Positions 24,918 through 27,829 of a DNA stretch of 27,829 nucleotides are shown piece after piece. Both the position numbers and the translations under genes were made by a program. The notes under the pieces were generated by a model. It had not been told where the DNA came from and did not search any database. It saw nothing but the letters and a program-made list of their open reading frames with translations. Position 1 is the stretch's first letter. Each line of letters begins with the position of its first letter. Source of the DNA: Spirochaetales bacterium (GTDB lineage: Bacteria; Spirochaetota; Spirochaetia; JABEVK01); NCBI GenBank assembly GCA_037142615.1, contig JBAXAI010000044.1:1-27829 (forward strand), read 5' to 3'.

Positions 24918-25804
24918 GCGAGCACCAGGCTGTCACCAAGGCCAACCGGGGTCTCAAGACCACCCTGCTGGGCATCCTGATCAATCTGGTGCTGGCGCTG
25001 ACCAAGGGCATTGCCGGGTTCCTCGGCAACTCCTTTGCTCTCATCGCGGACGCGATCGAATCGTCGTCTGACATCTTCAGCTCGATCGCCGTTTACATCG
25101 GCCTCAAGTTCTCATCGATCCCCAAGGACGAAAACCACCCCTACGGGCATGGCAAGGCCGAGCCCATCGCCGCGCTGGTGGTGACGCTGGCACTGTTCGG
25201 GGCGGCCCTGCTCATCATTGTCAACAGCCTGCAAGAAATCGTGAAGCCGCATCACGCGCCCGAGCCCTTCACCTTGATTGTGCTGGTCGGCGTGGTGATC
25301 ACCAAGGAACTTCTGTTCCGGTTTGTGTCGAAGGTGGGCAAAGAGGTGGGCAGCACCGCCGTCAAGACCGACGCTTGGCACCACCGCAGCGACGCCCTCA
25401 CCTCGGCCGCTGCTTTTGTCGGCATTTCGGTGGCGCTGCTCGGCGGTGCGGGTTGGGAGTCCGCCGACGACTGGGCCGCGCTGGTCGCGTCGGCCATCAT
25501 CATTCTCAACGCTGTGTTGTTGTTTGTGCCCGCTTTCAACGAGATCATGGACGCCAAGCCCGCCGGCGACTACGATGACAAGGTTCGCGCGCTGGCGCTT
25601 TCGGTGCCTGGCGTCGCCGACACCGACAAATGCCATGTGCGCAAAATGGGCCTCGAGTTCGTCGTCGACCTGCAAATCCGCGTCGATGGCAACCTCACCG
25701 TGACCGCCGGGCACGAGATCTCGCACCGGGTGAAAGACGCCTTGCTGGCGTCGCCGCTGGGCATCAGCAACGCGTGGATCCATGTCGAGCCGGCAAGGCC
25801 CTAA
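24914..25804 (+). CDS. Cation diffusion facilitator family transporter (FieF-like), 296 aa
   Basis: TTG overlaps the glk stop (TTGA); S.ALIADAIES..D, D.NHPYGHGKAE, DAWHHRSD, C-terminal GHEIS...IHVEP. Confidence 0.93.
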   Translation: MSEHQAVTKANRGLKTTLLGILINLVLALTKGIAGFLGNSFALIADAIESSSDIFSSIAVYIGLKFSSIPKDENHPYGHGKAEPIAALVVTLALFGAALLIIVNSLQEIVKPHHAPEPFTLIVLVGVVITKELLFRFVSKVGKEVGSTAVKTDAWHHRSDALTSAAAFVGISVALLGGAGWESADDWAALVASAIIILNAVLLFVPAFNEIMDAKPAGDYDDKVRALALSVPGVADTDKCHVRKMGLEFVVDLQIRVDGNLTVTAGHEISHRVKDALLASPLGISNAWIHVEPARP

Positions 25805-25871
25805 CGCCCAGCATTTGACGGAACGGACAATTATGACCACCTTTGTCGGCATTAGCCGCAGGGAGGCCTCC

Positions 25872-26327
25872 ATGAAGTTGTCAATTGTGTTCGTCTGCGG
25901 TCTCTTTTTCGTGCAAGGGCTCTTCGCGCAGGAGGTCGCACCTCCCGCCGCTTCCGACGAAGCCGCCGCAATCCAGCAGGTCATCGAAGACCAATGGGCT
26001 GCTTTTGCAGGGGGAGACGGTGAAAAAGCCCTCTCGCTCGCCGCTCCCGAGATCAAGGACAGGTTCGATTCGGCCCAAGCGTTCCTCGACATGGTCGAGG
26101 GTGGCTACCCGGTGGTCTTTCATCACTTCACCTACAGGTTCATGGAAACTCGCATCGGGAACCACCGTTCCTGGCAATTCATCCGGATGGTCGACTTGAA
26201 CGGCGAGGTCTGGTTTGTCCTTTATCAGCTTTTCCGCCAGGATTCAGGCGGTTGGTTGATCGGAGGCGTCTACACCCTGCCAGGAGCCCCGACGCCGGGC
26301 GTGGAACCGACCAGTCCGCGGGTGTAG
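25872..26327 (+). CDS. Exported DUF4864-like protein (151 aa)
   Basis: GGAGG RBS, signal peptide, IQQVIEDQ.AAF...D.E.A.S.A.P.I..RF.....F..MV..GYP and Y.L..Q.SG.W.I.GV patterns. Confidence 0.8.
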   Translation: MKLSIVFVCGLFFVQGLFAQEVAPPAASDEAAAIQQVIEDQWAAFAGGDGEKALSLAAPEIKDRFDSAQAFLDMVEGGYPVVFHHFTYRFMETRIGNHRSWQFIRMVDLNGEVWFVLYQLFRQDSGGWLIGGVYTLPGAPTPGVEPTSPRV

Positions 26328-26345
26328 CGACCCCCGAGAAACGGC

Positions 26346-26580
26346 TTGGAGTCCCTGACCGTGGTCTTCTTCGGACTCCTCGCCATCTTCTTGTTGGGGT
26401 GGTTTGACTACTACGTCGTCGACATCAACCTGTTCATCGTCTACACCTGTGCTGGGCTTTGACTTGGTGTTGGACTTTCTGTTGTTCCTGCAGCCGAACG
26501 GCTGGTCAAAAAGGTCTCACAGGCGATTCACTCCCGGTACCCGAGGGTGTTCCGCTATGAGGAAGACCGCTTCGCCCTCT
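26346..26580 (+). pseudogene. Possible remnant of a membrane-anchored GGDEF-like signalling gene
   Basis: Hydrophobic LLAIFLLGWFDYYVVDINLFIVY, then a stop or frameshift at ~26460, then RLVKKVSQAI....VFRYEEDRFAL, which resembles R-Y-G-G-D-E-F. Confidence 0.35.
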
Positions 26581-26692
26581 GGCCAGAACCTGACCGTGCT
26601 GCAGATCTTCGGTGTAGAGCATTGCGCGGGTGACCTGCGAACTGAGGCAGCCGTCGTTCGCCAACGCCGAGCGGATCAAGCCTACCGGGCAT
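26581..26692 (-). pseudogene. PIN-domain (VapC-like) toxin remnant
   Basis: Minus strand reads LIRSALANDGCLSSQV-TRAMLYTEDLQHGQVL. The S.QV and LY(S/T)EDLQHGQ motifs of this PIN subfamily are joined with the middle missing. An out-of-frame ATG overlaps the end of the upstream antitoxin. Confidence 0.7.
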
Positions 26693-26786
26693 TCATTTTG
26701 TCCCGGGAAAACTTTCGGCCGGCGTCGACCTCCACCAAGGAATCCATCAACCAGTCGTAGGCGTCGGCCTGTGATTGTGTGGTCAT
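26682..26786 (-). pseudogene. C-terminal remnant of a VapB-like antitoxin
   Basis: MTTQSQADAYDWLMDSLVEVDAGRKFSRDKMNAR*. The ending resembles the (F/W)sRdel.eR tail of antitoxins that precede this PIN type, and it overlaps the PIN remnant. Confidence 0.55.
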
Positions 26787-26875
26787 CAAGCGCGGGGTCT
26801 GTCGCGGAGTCAGAAGGGGCGCCTGCCCCTCGCTGCAGCCTCGGCGAGTCGGCAATTCACGAATGGGCAATGCGT

Positions 26876-26900
26876 GGAGTTTTCGCGTGGCGAAAACTCC
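26876..26900. repeat. Perfect 11-bp inverted repeat with 3-nt loop
   Basis: GGAGTTTTCGC-gtg-GCGAAAACTCC. Confidence 0.9.
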
Positions 26901-26939
26901 GGGCGAAAGGTGCGTTAGCGCCGTCGCCGGGGTCTTCCG

Positions 26940-27330
26940 CTACCCCCTCTGATGGGTTCCACTTTGGTCGTTGAGCTTCGTCACCTCGGCCAGCGATAGT
27001 CCGGTGACTTCTACGACTTCAGCCTTGCCCTCGCGGTAGCCTTCGCCCTTGACGCTGACATAGTCATGGTGCTCCATGGACTCGTGGATTTCTCTGTAGA
27101 CTTCAGGTTCCAGCATGAGGTACGCCTCCATCCGTTGCTTTGCGGCGCCAAGCAGGGCAACCAAATCGGCAGGGCCGTTGGCTGGGCTCGTCTCGGGCTT
27201 CTCTCGGAATCTGCCCCAAATGGCCGCCTTTTTCAACAGGGAACGGCAGCCCGACGCGCGAAGCAGTTTGGGCAGTTCCACGAAGATGAAACCCAGATGA
27301 GCTGTTTGCGGCAGCCGAAAGTGATGCAGC
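26940..27330 (-). pseudogene. C-terminal remnant of an Rpn-family (PD-(D/E)XK nuclease/putative transposase) gene
   Basis: HLGFIFVELPKL......W..F ... EGYREGKAE / VEVTGLSLAEVTKL are hallmark Rpn C-terminal motifs. The N-terminal nuclease domain is absent. Confidence 0.75.
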
Positions 27331-27344
27331 CACGGCCCCTTCAT

Positions 27345-27550
27345 GGTTATTTCGTATTTTGAGCTCGTCGGTGGCGTCTTCGTCGCAGACGATGAGAGCA
27401 ATGCTGACCTCTGGTCAGCATGGTGCAGTTGCAGGCAGCTGACGGTTCCCATGGTGCCGACGCCGACGGTGAGCGAGCTGGCGGGTTCATTGAAGGCGAT
27501 GTGCCCGTCGGCACCGATGCCGCCCACAAACAGGTGGATGCCACCTGTGA
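27345..27550 (-). pseudogene. nagB: Glucosamine-6-phosphate deaminase remnant with multiple internal deletions and a frameshift
   Basis: GGIHLFVGGIGADGHIAFNEPASSLT|VGVGT|MGTVSCLQLH, and in a shifted frame ALIVCDEDATDELK. Confidence 0.88.
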
Positions 27551-27589
27551 TTTAGTCCGGGGATCTCATGCGGGTGGGATCAGTTCGTT

Positions 27590-27777
27590 TCAGCGATGCT
27601 CAGCGATGACAGCCGCCAAGTGCCGCAAAGCGTTGTTGACCGAGTCGTGGTCAGGAAAGATCCGTGCCACATCCGGATCGATCACCATGAGGTTGCTCCC
27701 TTCCTTCATCCGCTGGACATATTTTCCACGGACCCCGGAGGAAAAATCATATTCTTCTAGCATTTCATCATCCGTGT
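27590..27777 (-). pseudogene. BrnT-associated (BrnA-like) antitoxin, 5' end truncated by an IS (residual 57-aa ORF 27590-27763)
   Basis: (TDDE)MLEEYDFSSGVRGKYVQRMKEGSNLMVIDPDVARIFPDHDSVNNALRHL fits the EYDFS.GVRGKY...DPDVA..F.....VN.ALR pattern. Confidence 0.7.
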
Positions 27778-27829
27778 GTATCCGTCAATTCTTCCCTTGG
27801 TTGATGTTCCAGGGGAGCAGGCTGTCCCA
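27778..27829 (-). mobile_element. Right end of a probable IS66-family element (tnpC C-terminus plus terminal inverted repeat), partial
   Basis: Minus strand WDSLLPWNINQGKN* (stop 27785-27787) carries the LLPW(N) C-terminal motif of IS66 TnpC. The + strand begins GTATCCGTC at 27778, similar to IS66 GTAAGCG-type ends. Confidence 0.72.

Noticed and set aside
26860-26925. Possible c-di-GMP-I riboswitch (GGGCAA...stem...GGCGAAAG)
   Set aside because: It lacks the GNRA-capped P2, the GCAAAG junction and the P3 receptor, and has no intact downstream gene.
26940-27527. 195-aa ORF as a genuine NagB-Rpn fusion protein
   Set aside because: Both parts lack most of their domains and there is no native start. 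It is better explained as adjacent pseudogene fragments that happen to share a frame.
1-27829. CRISPR array, tRNA/rRNA genes, or a complete DGR (RT plus template repeat)
   Set aside because: I saw no regularly spaced short repeats, RNA-gene signatures or reverse-transcriptase motifs. The repeats found are intragenic coding duplications.

Overview
This is a GC-rich bacterial chromosomal window, most likely from a free-living spirochaete (inferred from the lolA-rodZ arrangement, the archaeal-type UMP kinase and the surface lipoprotein style). The first 11.3 kb is one uninterrupted minus-strand ORF that the ORF track misses because it runs off the left edge. It encodes a signal-peptide-bearing, Thr/Gly/Ala/Val-rich giant surface protein of at least 3757 aa with recent internal duplications. 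Next come an internally deleted Uma2 nuclease remnant and htpG. Convergent with htpG is a two-gene unit with its own promoter: an exported caspase-like protease and a multidomain adhesin-like lipoprotein. A housekeeping block follows (SCP2-type thiolase, small membrane protein, degenerate aminotransferase-like protein, UvrD/PcrA, RodZ-like, LolA, then divergently pyrH-glk-CDF and a DUF4864-like gene). The last 1.5 kb is a cluster of collapsed gene remnants (GGDEF-like, vapBC, Rpn, nagB, BrnA-like antitoxin) ending at the terminus of a probable IS66 element. All family calls come from recognising motifs by eye, not from database searches.
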